A DNA stretch of 64,000 nucleotides from Candidatus Latescibacterota bacterium (GCA_965248265.1 CBDFJF010000002.1:1472001-1536000); one strand, 5' to 3'; counted from the first letter of the stretch, positions 8,277 to 19,350 are shown. The notes: generated from the sequence alone by a model not told the origin. Translations and numbers: made by a program.

Positions 8277-9509
8277 ATGGCAAAACCAAAAGAAGTCGTC
8301 ATCGTCGGCGCCGGCATCGCGGGATTGAGCGCGGCGTTCCACCTGGCTGACAAGGGGGTCGAGCGGGTCATCCTCATCGACAAGGGTCGCGTGGGCTCGG
8401 GGTCGAGCAGCCGCTCGGGTGCGGTCAACACCATGATGATGGCGACCGAAAATGCTACCCGCGCCCGTGGTGTCAGCTTTGACATTTTCGAGCGCTTCGA
8501 CCGTCTCCTCGACGACTACGAGTTTCATCAGGACGGCTGCATGGGGATCTACGACTCCGAGCAACTCGCAGCGGCTTCCCAACTCCACGACATGCACCGG
8601 GCAGCCGGCGCCCGCTTCGAGATCCTCGATAGCAAACAGATCCAGAGCCGGTTTCCCGATCTCAACGTCAAAGCTGACGAATGTGGTGTCCTCGATCTTC
8701 GAGGTGGTTGGAGTGAACCCGACCGCTACATACCCGCCCTTACCGCCAAGATTCGGGAAATGGGTGTCGAGATCCGCGAACACCAGGCGATCGAGAGCTT
8801 TCTTTTTGACAATGGCGGGATCGCGGGGGTTCGCCTTCGAGGAGCGGGTGATCTGCGTGCCGACGCCACGGTCTGTACCGTCAACGCATGGGCGAACTCA
8901 CTGCTTGCCCAGGTTGACCAACCCTTGCCGGTGCGCAACTTCGTGCATGAGCGCTTCGTCACCAAACCCTTCGATCATCCGCCGCGTTTGCCCGCCGTCA
9001 ACTGCGACGCTGCTGGATTCTATTTTCGTCCCACCGAGAGCAATGGCCTGCTGCTGGGCGCCAACAACCTCGAGGCCGAGCAGGTTATCCCCGACGTCGA
9101 CTTCGACTTGGGCGAATTGACACCCGCCCCGACCAGTCTTCCATTCATTCTAAACGTCGCAGGTACTTACATCCCCCTCATGCAGGACGCGACCGTCGAC
9201 TACCATCGCGTCGGTCTGATCAGCTACCCGATTGACTTCATGCCCAATATCGGTCCCGTCGCGGCTTTGCCCGGTCTCTTCCTCGGCACCAACTTCTGCT
9301 CGGGCGGCTTCGGCCATCATCCAATGGCCGGCCAACTCATCGCCGAATACATCGTCGATGGCCAGACCTCCTTCGAAGGCAGTGATTTCGACCCTGACCG
9401 ATTCGCGGATTTCGACACCGAGAGCTTTCTTGTCAAAGAAATGTCGCACGAGGACATGGTTGAGGTCCATGCCGCCAACGCCAGAGGATTTGTCCGCAAG
9501 CGTCACTGA
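8277..9509 (+). CDS. FAD-dependent oxidoreductase, DAO/sarcosine oxidase beta-like
   Basis: VVIVGAGIAGLSAAFHL, GSSSRSG, YFRP, D..PNIGP, GGFG..P.AG. Confidence 0.88.
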   Translation: MAKPKEVVIVGAGIAGLSAAFHLADKGVERVILIDKGRVGSGSSSRSGAVNTMMMATENATRARGVSFDIFERFDRLLDDYEFHQDGCMGIYDSEQLAAASQLHDMHRAAGARFEILDSKQIQSRFPDLNVKADECGVLDLRGGWSEPDRYIPALTAKIREMGVEIREHQAIESFLFDNGGIAGVRLRGAGDLRADATVCTVNAWANSLLAQVDQPLPVRNFVHERFVTKPFDHPPRLPAVNCDAAGFYFRPTESNGLLLGANNLEAEQVIPDVDFDLGELTPAPTSLPFILNVAGTYIPLMQDATVDYHRVGLISYPIDFMPNIGPVAALPGLFLGTNFCSGGFGHHPMAGQLIAEYIVDGQTSFEGSDFDPDRFADFDTESFLVKEMSHEDMVEVHAANARGFVRKRH

Positions 9510-9559
9510 GTCAAGGAGATTCCAAGCTCTCTCACTCCAGTGGGGCAATACCTATGCCA

Positions 9560-9617
9560 CGTACCAACTCCGGTCAATGGTCTACTGTCGTCGTTGGCCG
9601 CGGCCGGAGTTGATACG
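9560..9617. terminator. Inverted repeat between convergent genes, possible bidirectional terminator
   Basis: CGTACCAACTCCGGTC ... GGCCGGAGTTGATACG (14/16 complementary); no clear U tract. Confidence 0.35.
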
Positions 9618-9659
9618 GGGAACATTGAACGCCGGTGCTTGAGTCGGCCCCCGTCTGCT

Positions 9660-11387
9660 TCAACCGTCGGGCGTCAACGAATCCAGGACGTCGCCGATGT
9701 CCAGTCCAATAGCTTCTGCTGGAAGCTTTATCCGGAAGGTCGTGCCTACGTCGACCTCGCTGTCGACCTCTACCTCGGCGTCGTAGGGTTTGAGAAGCTG
9801 CTGCACGGTGTACAACCCCAATCCGGTGCCCTCCTCGCCATCATCGACAGATTTCTTGGTAGTAAAGAACGGCTGAAAAAGCTTTGACATGTCGGTTTCG
9901 GCGATGCCACAGCCGGTATCCGTCACCTCGATGACGACGAAACCTGTTTCTGCCGCGGTAACCACACTGAGCTTTTTCGGTTCTCGATCACGCATGGCCT
10001 GCACCGCATTGCGCAGGAGATTGCCCACAGCCTGGGAAAGATCGGAATAGACGCACTCGACGGTGGGTATGTCGGGTGCCAGACGGATGTCCTGCTCGAC
10101 CTGGTGCTTGAAGGTCCGGTCCGCCCGTAGAAAATCCAACTCACGCTGCAACAAGTCGTTCACGCTCACGGCCTCGGGCGCCTTTTTCTGACGGCTCTTG
10201 GCCAGCACATCTTCGATCATTTGCGCCATCTGCTGCGCGGCTGAGAATATCTGCCCAACGTCGGTGATTTCGGGACGTTCACTCTGCATCAGCTCTGAGT
10301 GCCCGAGGACGACGGACAAGGGGTTTCTGAGATTGTGCACGATACCGGCGGTCACGATGCCGACGGAAGCCATGCGCTCTGACTGAATCAGATGCCGTTC
10401 CAGACTCCGGCGTTCGTCTTGTGCCCGCCTCTCCTCAGTAACGTCCCGGAACACGACCACGGCGCCGCCCGGCGCATCGGTTTCGCGGATCGGCGTGGCC
10501 ACGTAGTCGACGGGAAAGCTGGCACCGTCTCTTCTCCAAAACACTTCGTCACTGCGCCGCTCTTCCACTCCCTGCTTGCAGCTTGCCATGATGGGACATC
10601 CGCAATCAGCATCCGGCTGGGTATCCCCGTCGGAGTGGTGACAGAATTCGAGGTGTGACCGAGAGACCAGTTCCACTGCCGGCCAGCCCAACATGTCGGC
10701 TGCCGCAGGGTTGGCAAAGGTGAGACATCCCTCGGCGTCGAGTCCGAAGATGCCTTCACCGGCCGTGTTGAGAATCATCTGGTTCTGACGGTTGAGGCGT
10801 TTTGTCTCTTCTATCAGGCGGACGTTGTTGACGGCCACGGACGCCTGAGAGGCCAGCGAAACGGTCAGCTCCTCGTCATCGGCAGAGAACGACACCACCT
10901 CCCCCGAGTCGGGATCGAGCGCGTTGATCAGCTGCAGGACGCCGATGACGCGCTTCTCATGATCCTCCATCGGGACGACCAGCATGGACTTGGTGTGATA
11001 CCCGATCATCTGATCGTAGGTCTTGGGTGTAACAAACTCGTGTTTTTGATTGTCGTAGACATCGGCTATGTTCAGCACCTCGCCAGTCATCGCTGAATAG
11101 CCAGAAGCGCTGTTGCCGCTGATCGGTACCGGGGGAATGTCGTCGGTTTTCAGACCGTCTTCGGCGCTCGTATCCAGGCTGTCGTTATGAGCGACTTCGA
11201 ACGTGAGATGGTTGCCGCTTGCGAGGTATAGCGTGCCAGCATCGGCTCGCGTGAACCGCCTGGCTTCAGCCAGGATGCGATCCAGCAGGGCCGTGAGATT
11301 ATGCTCGAGCGAGAGCGCCACGCCAATCTCGTTCAGGCGTCGCAGGCGGCTCCTGAGCTCGCTATCACGCTGGTTGTTGGAGGTCAT
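9660..11387 (-). CDS. Cytoplasmic GAF-PAS sensor histidine kinase
   Basis: GAF (ADAGTLYL...SMLVVPM..VIGVLQLIN), PAS (GEGIFGLD..ANPAA), H-box IVHNLRNPL, N-box NLLRNAVQAM, DTGCGI, FQPFFTTK, GTGLGL. Confidence 0.92.
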   Translation of the reverse strand: MTSNNQRDSELRSRLRRLNEIGVALSLEHNLTALLDRILAEARRFTRADAGTLYLASGNHLTFEVAHNDSLDTSAEDGLKTDDIPPVPISGNSASGYSAMTGEVLNIADVYDNQKHEFVTPKTYDQMIGYHTKSMLVVPMEDHEKRVIGVLQLINALDPDSGEVVSFSADDEELTVSLASQASVAVNNVRLIEETKRLNRQNQMILNTAGEGIFGLDAEGCLTFANPAAADMLGWPAVELVSRSHLEFCHHSDGDTQPDADCGCPIMASCKQGVEERRSDEVFWRRDGASFPVDYVATPIRETDAPGGAVVVFRDVTEERRAQDERRSLERHLIQSERMASVGIVTAGIVHNLRNPLSVVLGHSELMQSERPEITDVGQIFSAAQQMAQMIEDVLAKSRQKKAPEAVSVNDLLQRELDFLRADRTFKHQVEQDIRLAPDIPTVECVYSDLSQAVGNLLRNAVQAMRDREPKKLSVVTAAETGFVVIEVTDTGCGIAETDMSKLFQPFFTTKKSVDDGEEGTGLGLYTVQQLLKPYDAEVEVDSEVDVGTTFRIKLPAEAIGLDIGDVLDSLTPDG

Positions 11388-11583
11388 TTCACCCCATCCC
11401 GGTTTGTGCTTCGACCCCTACGTTACGCAGTATTCGCGGGGTATCCAAGTACTGCGTGCGGATTGCTCTGAAGATGAGTATCACAGACTAATAACGCCGG
11501 AGGAAGGGAATGCTATGTACGTAGGCTGTCAGGCCATGATCCAGGCGGTCACCAACGAGTGCCGGTCCCTATATTGAACAGAA

Positions 11584-12591
11584 TCATTCGGCCAGGAATG
11601 CAACCACCGATGCACTCACATCCTTGGCGACACGCTCGTAGTACTTGTCGAACTGCAGCCCGGGTCGTGTCTCGTCGTCCATGGCCATTGGGAAGTCGTA
11701 ACGGTACTCCTCGACCCTGTTGTAGACCACGTTCTTCAATCTGTAGTCATACAGATCGACCTGGATCTGCATACTCACGTTCAGGACCCGTTCCTGTGTT
11801 GCTGCGGCGGATCCACGCCAGCGCGTACCAAACGTTAGGATGTCGAGGTGGAGGGCACAGTCTGGTTCGACTCGTGGCGTGGGCGCGATCACCACCCATT
11901 TGACGAGATTCGATGCCTCCATCTCGCGTCTCAAGTAATAAGCCATCGGGTCGGTCACGGCTTTTCGACCGAGCGGTGTGCCAGCTCCGACCCCTGCAGG
12001 AGGCAGATTGGAGTTTCCGTACAGAGGGCTCAGCTTGACGACGTCTGATTCTCCTGCACTGAAACTGCGCACCCTCAACATCATGCCTACGCGCTCCGGA
12101 AGCCCCGTGAAAACCGCTACCGTGTCGGGGTTGACGCCGATGGCTGAAAGCAGGATCGCTCGCGCCCGGTAGTCGGGCATATCGTCGGCGCGCTTCGCCG
12201 CGTCACTGAGGAGATCGGACAACGAGTAATCACCCTTCTTTTTCAGGATCTTGTCCGCTCTTTTTCTCAACTCCCTGATGAGCTTGTCGACGTTTTTCGG
12301 GGTCGCCCTGCGGCCTCCGAGCGAGATCAGCTCCATCCAGGCCGGCGACTTGCTCTTGCGTTGCGTTTGGAGCTGGTTCAGCAATGCTCGCAGGCGCGGT
12401 CGCAGATCGGCAACTTCAAGTCCGGTGTCGTTGCTCAGTCGATCGAGAAAAGCGTGAGATCGCTCGGGATCAGGCCTCTTTAGTTGGTCGCCGAGCGCCT
12501 CGAGAACCTGCTGCCGCAGGTCCACCTGCGCTGTCGTCACCGCCGGGATCGCCAGCAGGACAACCCAGGTCAGGATCCATGTGCGTGGCAT
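11584..12591 (-). CDS. Secreted hypothetical protein
   Basis: From ATG 12591 a signal-peptide-like MPRTWILTWVVLLAIPAVTTA-Q; long ORF with no recognised family. Confidence 0.65.
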   Translation of the reverse strand: MPRTWILTWVVLLAIPAVTTAQVDLRQQVLEALGDQLKRPDPERSHAFLDRLSNDTGLEVADLRPRLRALLNQLQTQRKSKSPAWMELISLGGRRATPKNVDKLIRELRKRADKILKKKGDYSLSDLLSDAAKRADDMPDYRARAILLSAIGVNPDTVAVFTGLPERVGMMLRVRSFSAGESDVVKLSPLYGNSNLPPAGVGAGTPLGRKAVTDPMAYYLRREMEASNLVKWVVIAPTPRVEPDCALHLDILTFGTRWRGSAAATQERVLNVSMQIQVDLYDYRLKNVVYNRVEEYRYDFPMAMDDETRPGLQFDKYYERVAKDVSASVVAFLAE

Positions 12592-12776
12592 TCGAATTTT
12601 CCGTGTATCGTAGATGACTGACCGCGAATGATACAGCGCGGAGTGTGGGTTGGCAACCTGCTCGTGATCGCAGTGGTGGGTTGCCCGGGTTGCACTCACC
12701 AAACACATTTACCTCACACGAATTGCTCCGTAGTTCAGCGGGCGAAACAGATATCCTGGATGGAGTCTACGAGACG

Positions 12777-13469
12777 ATGGCGAATAATCCGTATATCAGT
12801 CCGAAGCTATTCAAGTTTTTCCGCGACCTGAGGAAGAACAATGATCGTGAATGGTTCGAAGACAACAAGCAGCGCTACGAGGACGACGTGCGCGGACCCT
12901 TGCTCGCCTTCATAGACGACTTCGCCGAACCATTGTACAAAATCAGCCCCCACTTCCGTGCCGACGCACGCAAGGTAGGAGGATCCCTATTCCGCATCTT
13001 CCGCGATGTGCGGTTCTCGAAGGACAAGACGCCGTACAAGACCCATGCGGGCGTGCATTTCCGACATGAGAACGCGAAAGACGCCCACGCGCCGGGGTTC
13101 TACCTGCATCTGGAACCGCGGGAGGTCTTTATGGGCGCCGGCATCTGGCATCCGGAGACGGCGGTGGCCAGGCAGATCCGGGCGGCTATCCTCGAATACC
13201 CTGATACATGGAAGAAGGCAATGAAGAGCGCCGCGTTCGCCAAGAATGGGTTCACCCTCGATGGCGAATCCCTCAAACGCCCGCCGGCTGGTGTCGACGC
13301 CGATCACCCCATGATAGAGGATCTGAAGCGGAAGGACTTCATCGCGATCGCGGATCTGACGGAAAAGGAGGTCTGTGCCCCCGGTTTCCCGAAGGTCTTT
13401 GCCGAGCGGTGCAAGTCGACGTCTGCCTTCGTGGAGTTTCTGAGCCGGGCAGTGGAACAACCGTTCTAG
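12777..13469 (+). CDS. DUF2461 family protein
   Basis: F..L..NNDREWF, FRIFRDVRFSKDKTPYKT, PGFYLHLEP, LKRPP, DLKRKDF. Start at ATG 12777. Confidence 0.9.
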   Translation: MANNPYISPKLFKFFRDLRKNNDREWFEDNKQRYEDDVRGPLLAFIDDFAEPLYKISPHFRADARKVGGSLFRIFRDVRFSKDKTPYKTHAGVHFRHENAKDAHAPGFYLHLEPREVFMGAGIWHPETAVARQIRAAILEYPDTWKKAMKSAAFAKNGFTLDGESLKRPPAGVDADHPMIEDLKRKDFIAIADLTEKEVCAPGFPKVFAERCKSTSAFVEFLSRAVEQPF

Positions 13470-13678
13470 CCTAGCTGACATCCCGGACCAGCGTGTGCCG
13501 TCGACCGGGTGGGATCAAAGGGTGTTACGAGCGGAAATACAGAGGCAGTATCATTCCGGCGAGTGACAGCCAGCTCATCAGGATCAAGCCGTAAGTCCAG
13601 CGGAATTGGCTCGCTGTTCGTGCCTCCGACCGTTCGATTCGATCAGAGGTTTCCTGGCGGAGGGCTTGACGGCCGATA

Positions 13679-15526
13679 ATGTCGGAAACTTGGCCTCAGT
13701 GTATGACCGGGCTGCCGCAGCACTCCGGTATGCAGTTCGCCAACGGGAGAGTACCAGTGGTTGATGGAAATCCTTCTTCATCCGCACGCGCTGGGGAACT
13801 GGCACAGGGCCTGTACCCCCACCAGATAGAAGGTCTCGCTTTTCTACTGGGCCGGCGGCGCTCCATCCTGGCCGATGACATGGGGCTCGGCAAGACGCGG
13901 CAGTCGGTTCTCAGTATCGTCGAGGCTGAACCCGAGGGCCCGTACCTGGTGGTGTGTCCGGCGTCGATCAAGCACAACTGGGAGCGTGAGATCCACATGG
14001 TGCTGCCGCGTGCGGAGACGGCCATTGTCGGACCGGACAATCCTCCTGCTGCCGGCTATCGTGGATGGGTCATCATCAACTACGACATTCTGAAGAAGCA
14101 CATCGATGTCCTGGGGACACATCCGTGGACCGCTTTCGTCTTCGACGAGGCCCACTATCTGAAGAACCACCGTACCGTGCGCAGCCGACTCTCCACTCAG
14201 CTGGTAACCGAAGCAGCCGGAGATCCGGTCGTTCACGTGCTCACCGGTACGCCGCTGACGAACCGTCCGCGCGATCTTTTTCCGCTGCTGCAACTCGTCA
14301 GGCATTCACTGGGGCGCAGCTTTCTCGCGTTCAGCAAACGTTACTGCGACGGACAGCGCAATGACTACGGACACTGGGTTTCGGCCGGCTCCAGCAACAT
14401 CGAGGAGTTGGCGGTGCAGTTGCACGGCATCATGTTGCGACGCACCAAGGACGAGGTCCTCGATCTGCCGCCGAAGTTGCGCACCTGGATCGACGTCGAC
14501 ATCCACGAGCGCGCCCGGGAGAAACTCAACGAGGCCGTGCGATCCTTCCTTGGTTCACCGACCGAGGAGCCCGAGCGCGATCAGCGTGGCCGCCGCCGGG
14601 GGATCGGTCAGTTGTCCTCGGCGCGGCGCACCCTGGCCGCGGTGAAGGCCAAGCAGACCTGCGAATTTCTCGACGGTGTCGTGGATCAGGGCGAGAAGGT
14701 TCTCGTGTTCTCGGCCTTCATCAATCCGATCCAACGCTTCCGCAAGCACTTCGGAGAGCAAGCTGTGACCATCACCGGGGAGACGCCGGTGGGGCAGCGC
14801 CAGGGTCTGGTGGACCGCTTTCAGACGGACAACAGTGTCCGTGTTTACGTGGGCCAGATTCATGCCGGCGGCACCGGAGTCAACCTCACGGCGGCGCGGC
14901 AAGTCGTGTTCAACGATCTGGACTGGGTGCCAGCCAATCACTGGCAGGCGGAGGATCGCGCCTATCGCATCGGACAGACGGGCACGGTCAATGTCACCTA
15001 CATGGTGGCCAGGGGTACCATAGAGGAATTCGTCCGCACGGTGCTCGAAACCAAGGCGCGCATTGTTGATGATCTGGTGGAGGGCAAGGCGCTGGGCGCC
15101 GATCTCGACAGTGATGTCATGACCGAGCTGCGCCGGATGATTCGCCTGATAGACCGCCAGTTCGAGCAGGTGAACAAGCAGGTTGCTTCAGAAGAACAGC
15201 TGACTGAGATACTGCGCGCGGCCGGAGAAGCTTATCTGGACGATCAGGCGGAGCACCTGGGCAGGGCCACCCGGGAAGCGCTGATCCCGGTTTCCGAGGG
15301 GGCGATCAAGGCACTTGCCCAGGTTCTGGAAGGACCGCAACGAGCTATCTACCGGATCGCTAGCTCACGCGATGAGAGTGTTCACTACACACTCGAGGTT
15401 GTGGGTGGGGACATCACCTGCGACTGTAAGGGCTTCTCTTATCGGGGAGCATGCAATCACTCTCGCACATTGAAGGACAAGCTGGTGTCGGGGGAAAGTC
15501 TGCCCGAGTATGAAAAAGTAGAATGA
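13679..15526 (+). CDS. SNF2-family helicase/ATPase with C-terminal SWIM zinc finger
   Basis: LADDMGLGKT, DEAH, LTGTP, MLRRTK..VLDLPPK, QAEDRAYRIGQ, and C-terminal CDCKGFSYRGACNH. Confidence 0.9.
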   Translation: MSETWPQCMTGLPQHSGMQFANGRVPVVDGNPSSSARAGELAQGLYPHQIEGLAFLLGRRRSILADDMGLGKTRQSVLSIVEAEPEGPYLVVCPASIKHNWEREIHMVLPRAETAIVGPDNPPAAGYRGWVIINYDILKKHIDVLGTHPWTAFVFDEAHYLKNHRTVRSRLSTQLVTEAAGDPVVHVLTGTPLTNRPRDLFPLLQLVRHSLGRSFLAFSKRYCDGQRNDYGHWVSAGSSNIEELAVQLHGIMLRRTKDEVLDLPPKLRTWIDVDIHERAREKLNEAVRSFLGSPTEEPERDQRGRRRGIGQLSSARRTLAAVKAKQTCEFLDGVVDQGEKVLVFSAFINPIQRFRKHFGEQAVTITGETPVGQRQGLVDRFQTDNSVRVYVGQIHAGGTGVNLTAARQVVFNDLDWVPANHWQAEDRAYRIGQTGTVNVTYMVARGTIEEFVRTVLETKARIVDDLVEGKALGADLDSDVMTELRRMIRLIDRQFEQVNKQVASEEQLTEILRAAGEAYLDDQAEHLGRATREALIPVSEGAIKALAQVLEGPQRAIYRIASSRDESVHYTLEVVGGDITCDCKGFSYRGACNHSRTLKDKLVSGESLPEYEKVE

Positions 15527-15544
15527 GCACCGTTGCGAGGTGGT

Positions 15545-18302
15545 TCAATCCGCGCTTACCAGCACAAGCCGCAGCCCAGTGATTCGCACGCGCACGCTGT
15601 CGAGCCCATCGGCCAACGCCGACAGTTCCGCGCGCGCGGCCTCGATTTCCGTTTGACCAACCGCCGCATTGACGCGTGACAATTCGATCAAGCGCTGCAC
15701 TGCCGGCTCCAATACACCTCGCATGCGCTCCCGCGCTGCTGCCGCGATCTCGATGCCGCGGTCGGAGGCGACGTCGCGCGCATTCTCCAGCAATCCCGGC
15801 AACAGCGAGCCTACCTGCGGCAAGTCGAGGACGGAGCCATCCAGCCCTTCCAGGCGGTCGCGCATGTCGATCTCATCGACGCTCTCGCCTTCCATGTTGA
15901 CGACGACGCGAATCGGGGTGGGAGGCAGGAAGCGATCGGCCCGCAGGTGCTGGTCCAGGGTGGTGTCGGCAACGTAGAGTGCTTCGAGCAGCAGCCCGGG
16001 GTCGCCGCCGTTAAGCCTGGCGACTGCGGCGTTGCCGATTTCGTGCTTCCAGCAGGCTATCGACGGTGTCGCGAACCATAGGGTGGTCCCAGGTCAGCAG
16101 GACGCGATCCGGATGGTCGAGGGCGGTCGGACGATCGAAGGTCACGCCCATCTCATGGCCGACGAAGCCAGGGAAAGGGCGATGGTAGTTCATGCCGGTG
16201 CGCACGGCGTAACTGCGAGGTCCGGTAACCTCGACATCGAGATCGTGGCGTTCAAAGGCGTCGACCATAAAAGATTCTAGCTCGTCACCACTCTCCATTC
16301 TGCTGATGGTTTGCTGCAACTGATGACCAGCCTGGACATCGAACGAAGTCAGTTCGAGCAAGCGGTCCCGTCCCGATTCCAACTCCTCGATAATCTCCTC
16401 GTTGCGCGCCGCACCGCGTTCGACCAACTGCTCGATCGCCGTCCCATCCTGGGACAGCAGCGCTTCCATCAATTCGTCGCCAAACTCGCGCTCGATGGCA
16501 GGCGAACCGTGCCAGGGCCGATCGAAGATATGCAGGGCTTCAGCGTACCACCGTCGCAACCGGGCCTGCGGCGTGCCTGTCATCACGAGCGGATAGAGGT
16601 GCACTTCGTTTCCCTGGCCGATGCGGTCGACACGGCCAATGGCCTGCTCCAGTCGATCGGCGCTGGTTGGCAAATCGAACAGAACCAGATGTCTGGCTAC
16701 CTGAAAGTTGCGCCCCTCTGCGCCGACGGCGGAACTGACTACCACCTGCGGACCTTCGCTGTCGAGAAACCAGGCCGCCTGGCGATCGCGTTCAATGTTG
16801 CCCATGCCCTCGTGGAAACGCGCGACCTTGCGCTGGGGAGTCTCCAATGCCCGCGCCAGTGCCTCGACCTTCAAACGGTTCGAACACAGCACCAACACCT
16901 TTTGGCTCGCATGAGTTGTCAGGAATTCGCCCAGCCAGACAACACGAACGTCCTGCGCCGTTGCGGCAAAGCGAAAACTCTCGTCGCGACCGATATCAGC
17001 GAGAAATTCACGGTGCACGCGCTCGGAATCGCCTTCCTCAAGTTCGATCACGTGTGGCACGCGACGTGGAAAGCCGGGGATGCGCGCGCGGACGTTGCGA
17101 AACATTACTCGCCCAAGGCCATGCAAATCGAGGAGGCGGGCAAGTAGCAGGTGCTGACTCCGGGGGTCACCGGAGACCAGCAGTTCGTCGATGTCGTCGC
17201 CGGCCAGACGCTCCTTCACCAGGGCGCGATCATCACCGTCGAGCGGGTCGCCCCGTTGCAGACGCTCCGCCACGTTGGCCAGCTGACGATAGTTCTGAGC
17301 GTCCCGGTAGTAAGCATCGATATCGTGGAATCGAGCTGGATCGAGCAGAGCGAGGCGGCCGAAATGGGCCTCCTCTCCGTCGCGGTCGGGGGTTGCGCTC
17401 AACAGCACGACATGCTCGGTGCGCTCGGCGAGCTGTGTGACGAGGGCCAGCTCGGCGCTGTCCGGCTGCAAATGATGAGCCTCGTCGACGATGACGATAT
17501 CCCACGGGGTCTCCATGAAGAGATCGCCGACTTCGACACCGAGGGGGCAGATGAACAGCTGCGATGAGAGCAGTTGATCGGGCAACTCCTCACTCTCGAC
17601 GTTGATGGTGCCACCGCCGTGAGTGTCCTCGCCCATGACACTGAGAACCAGGTTGAAACGCAGGTAGGCTTCGGCCAACCACTGATGCACCAGCGCGGGC
17701 GGAACCAGGATGAGAACATTCTCCACACGCCCCGTGAGCAGCAGGTTGTGGAGGATCAGCAGGGCTTCGATCGTCTTCCCAAGGCCGACTTCGTCAGCGA
17801 GCAAGACTCGTATCCGGTGGCGCTCGCAGACATCGCGGGCGATGGACAGCTGGTGATCGAAAAGACGGATGCGCCCGCCGACGAAGCCGCGCGCCGGCGA
17901 GGCCAGCATCTGGTGGCGGACGAGAAGGGCATCGTGGCGCAGGTCGAAGAGACGGAAGTCATCGACCTGACCGCTGCGCAGGCGATTTTCGGGGGTAGCG
18001 ACATCCACTTCGGCATGAAGCTCAGATTCGCTGAGCTCGCGACCCTCGCCCCGGTAGAGCAGGAGCGAGTCAACCTCGAGGACCTCCTCGACGTTGAAGC
18101 TGTGGCCATCGCGATCGCGCGCCTGCTGGCCTTCGGTCAGGCGTGATCGAGCCAGAGGGGGGTCGCCTGTGGCATAGCGGCGCACGACATCTCGCGCGGG
18201 AAATGCCATGATGACCTGTCGACCTTCTACCGCCTCGACGAGGCCGAGACCGAGTTCGGGTTCGGTCAGGCTGTGCCAACGTTGGCCGGGAGTGAAATCC
18301 AC
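15545..18302 (-). pseudogene. rapA: RNA polymerase-associated ATPase RapA/HepA, split by a frameshift near 16050 (pseudogene or sequence error)
   Basis: PGQRW.S.TEPELGLG N-terminus, LLADEVGLGKTIEA, DEAHHL, EGRNFQ, LTWDHPMV. The RapA C-terminal domain (GNAAVARL...LLLEALYV...RFLPPTPIRVVV) continues in another frame to 15545. Confidence 0.85.
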
Positions 18303-18332
18303 TGAGGTCCTACCGATGGGTGTGCTACCGAT

Positions 18333-19325
18333 CTACGAGCCAGCCGCTCTCTCTTTTTCTAGTCGTGCTTGCTCGTACACCCGCGCCGGCACCTTGTTCA
18401 ACTCCCAAATTATCCCCAACCACGACATGATCTTCAAGCCGTAGTAGGTCAAATCGTACTCCCACCAGTAGAATCCCTGACGCACCGCTCCAGGGAAGTG
18501 GTGGTGGTTGTTGTGCCAGCCCTCTCCGAAAGTGATCAGCGCCAGCAGCGGGTTGTTGCGGCTGCTCTCGGCCGTGTCAAAGCGACGCCCGCCAAAGAGG
18601 TGCGAAAGCGAATTGATGGTGCAGGTGCCGTGGAAGAGGACGATGGTTGAGATGAAAAACCCCCAGACGAGCATCTGCCAGCCATTGGTACCCAAACCGG
18701 GGGCAAAGGTTTCCAGCACAACCCCCAGGCCGTACATGGCTGAGCCCAGAAGAATGGGAACCAGGATGTCAAAACGGTCCAGGAAAACCAGCTCGGGATA
18801 CTTGGCGAGATCTTTCACTTCCTTCAGGCCGGTAGCGAAATTTTCTCTGGAAGTGATCCACAGCATATGACTCCAGATGAAGCCGTGCTGCTCGGGGGAG
18901 TGCGGGTCCTCGAACTTATCCGAGTGACGATGATGCTGCCGGTGGTGTGCTGCCCACCAGAGTGGACCGCGCTGTACGGCGGAATTTCCGAACAGCGCGA
19001 AAAGGAACTGGGTGAAGCGTGCAGTATTGAAGGTTCGGTGGAAAAAATAGCGGTGGTAGAAACCGGTAATGGCAAACATTCGCACCACGTAACCTGCGAC
19101 AGCCACTCCAACCGCCACCCAGCTCCACCCGACCCAAAACACGGCCAGGCAGGCAACGTGCAAGGCGATGAACGGGAGAACCCTCACCCAATCCACCTTC
19201 TTGGCCGTCGTCTGGACATCATGAATGATCCCGGGGTTGGCCCCAGGTTTGACCGCATACGAATCGAACCACCGCACCAGGCTGGATGTCCAGGGGGTTC
19301 GCCGCTCAATTGACTCTGATTTCAC
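18333..19325 (-). CDS. Acyl-CoA (delta-9 type) fatty acid desaturase
   Basis: His boxes YHRYFFH, HHRQHH, GEGWHNNHH, plus INSLSH. Likely start GTG 19325 after GGAAGAG. Confidence 0.92.
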   Translation of the reverse strand: MKSESIERRTPWTSSLVRWFDSYAVKPGANPGIIHDVQTTAKKVDWVRVLPFIALHVACLAVFWVGWSWVAVGVAVAGYVVRMFAITGFYHRYFFHRTFNTARFTQFLFALFGNSAVQRGPLWWAAHHRQHHRHSDKFEDPHSPEQHGFIWSHMLWITSRENFATGLKEVKDLAKYPELVFLDRFDILVPILLGSAMYGLGVVLETFAPGLGTNGWQMLVWGFFISTIVLFHGTCTINSLSHLFGGRRFDTAESSRNNPLLALITFGEGWHNNHHHFPGAVRQGFYWWEYDLTYYGLKIMSWLGIIWELNKVPARVYEQARLEKERAAGS

Positions 19326-19350
19326 ACACACTCTTCCATTCAAAGGCTGC

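Noticed and set aside
16311-18146. Long plus-strand ORFs opposite rapA, and similar ones opposite dctM, the NHL gene, C25 and the kinases
   Set aside because: Typical high-GC antisense shadow ORFs with no independent motifs.
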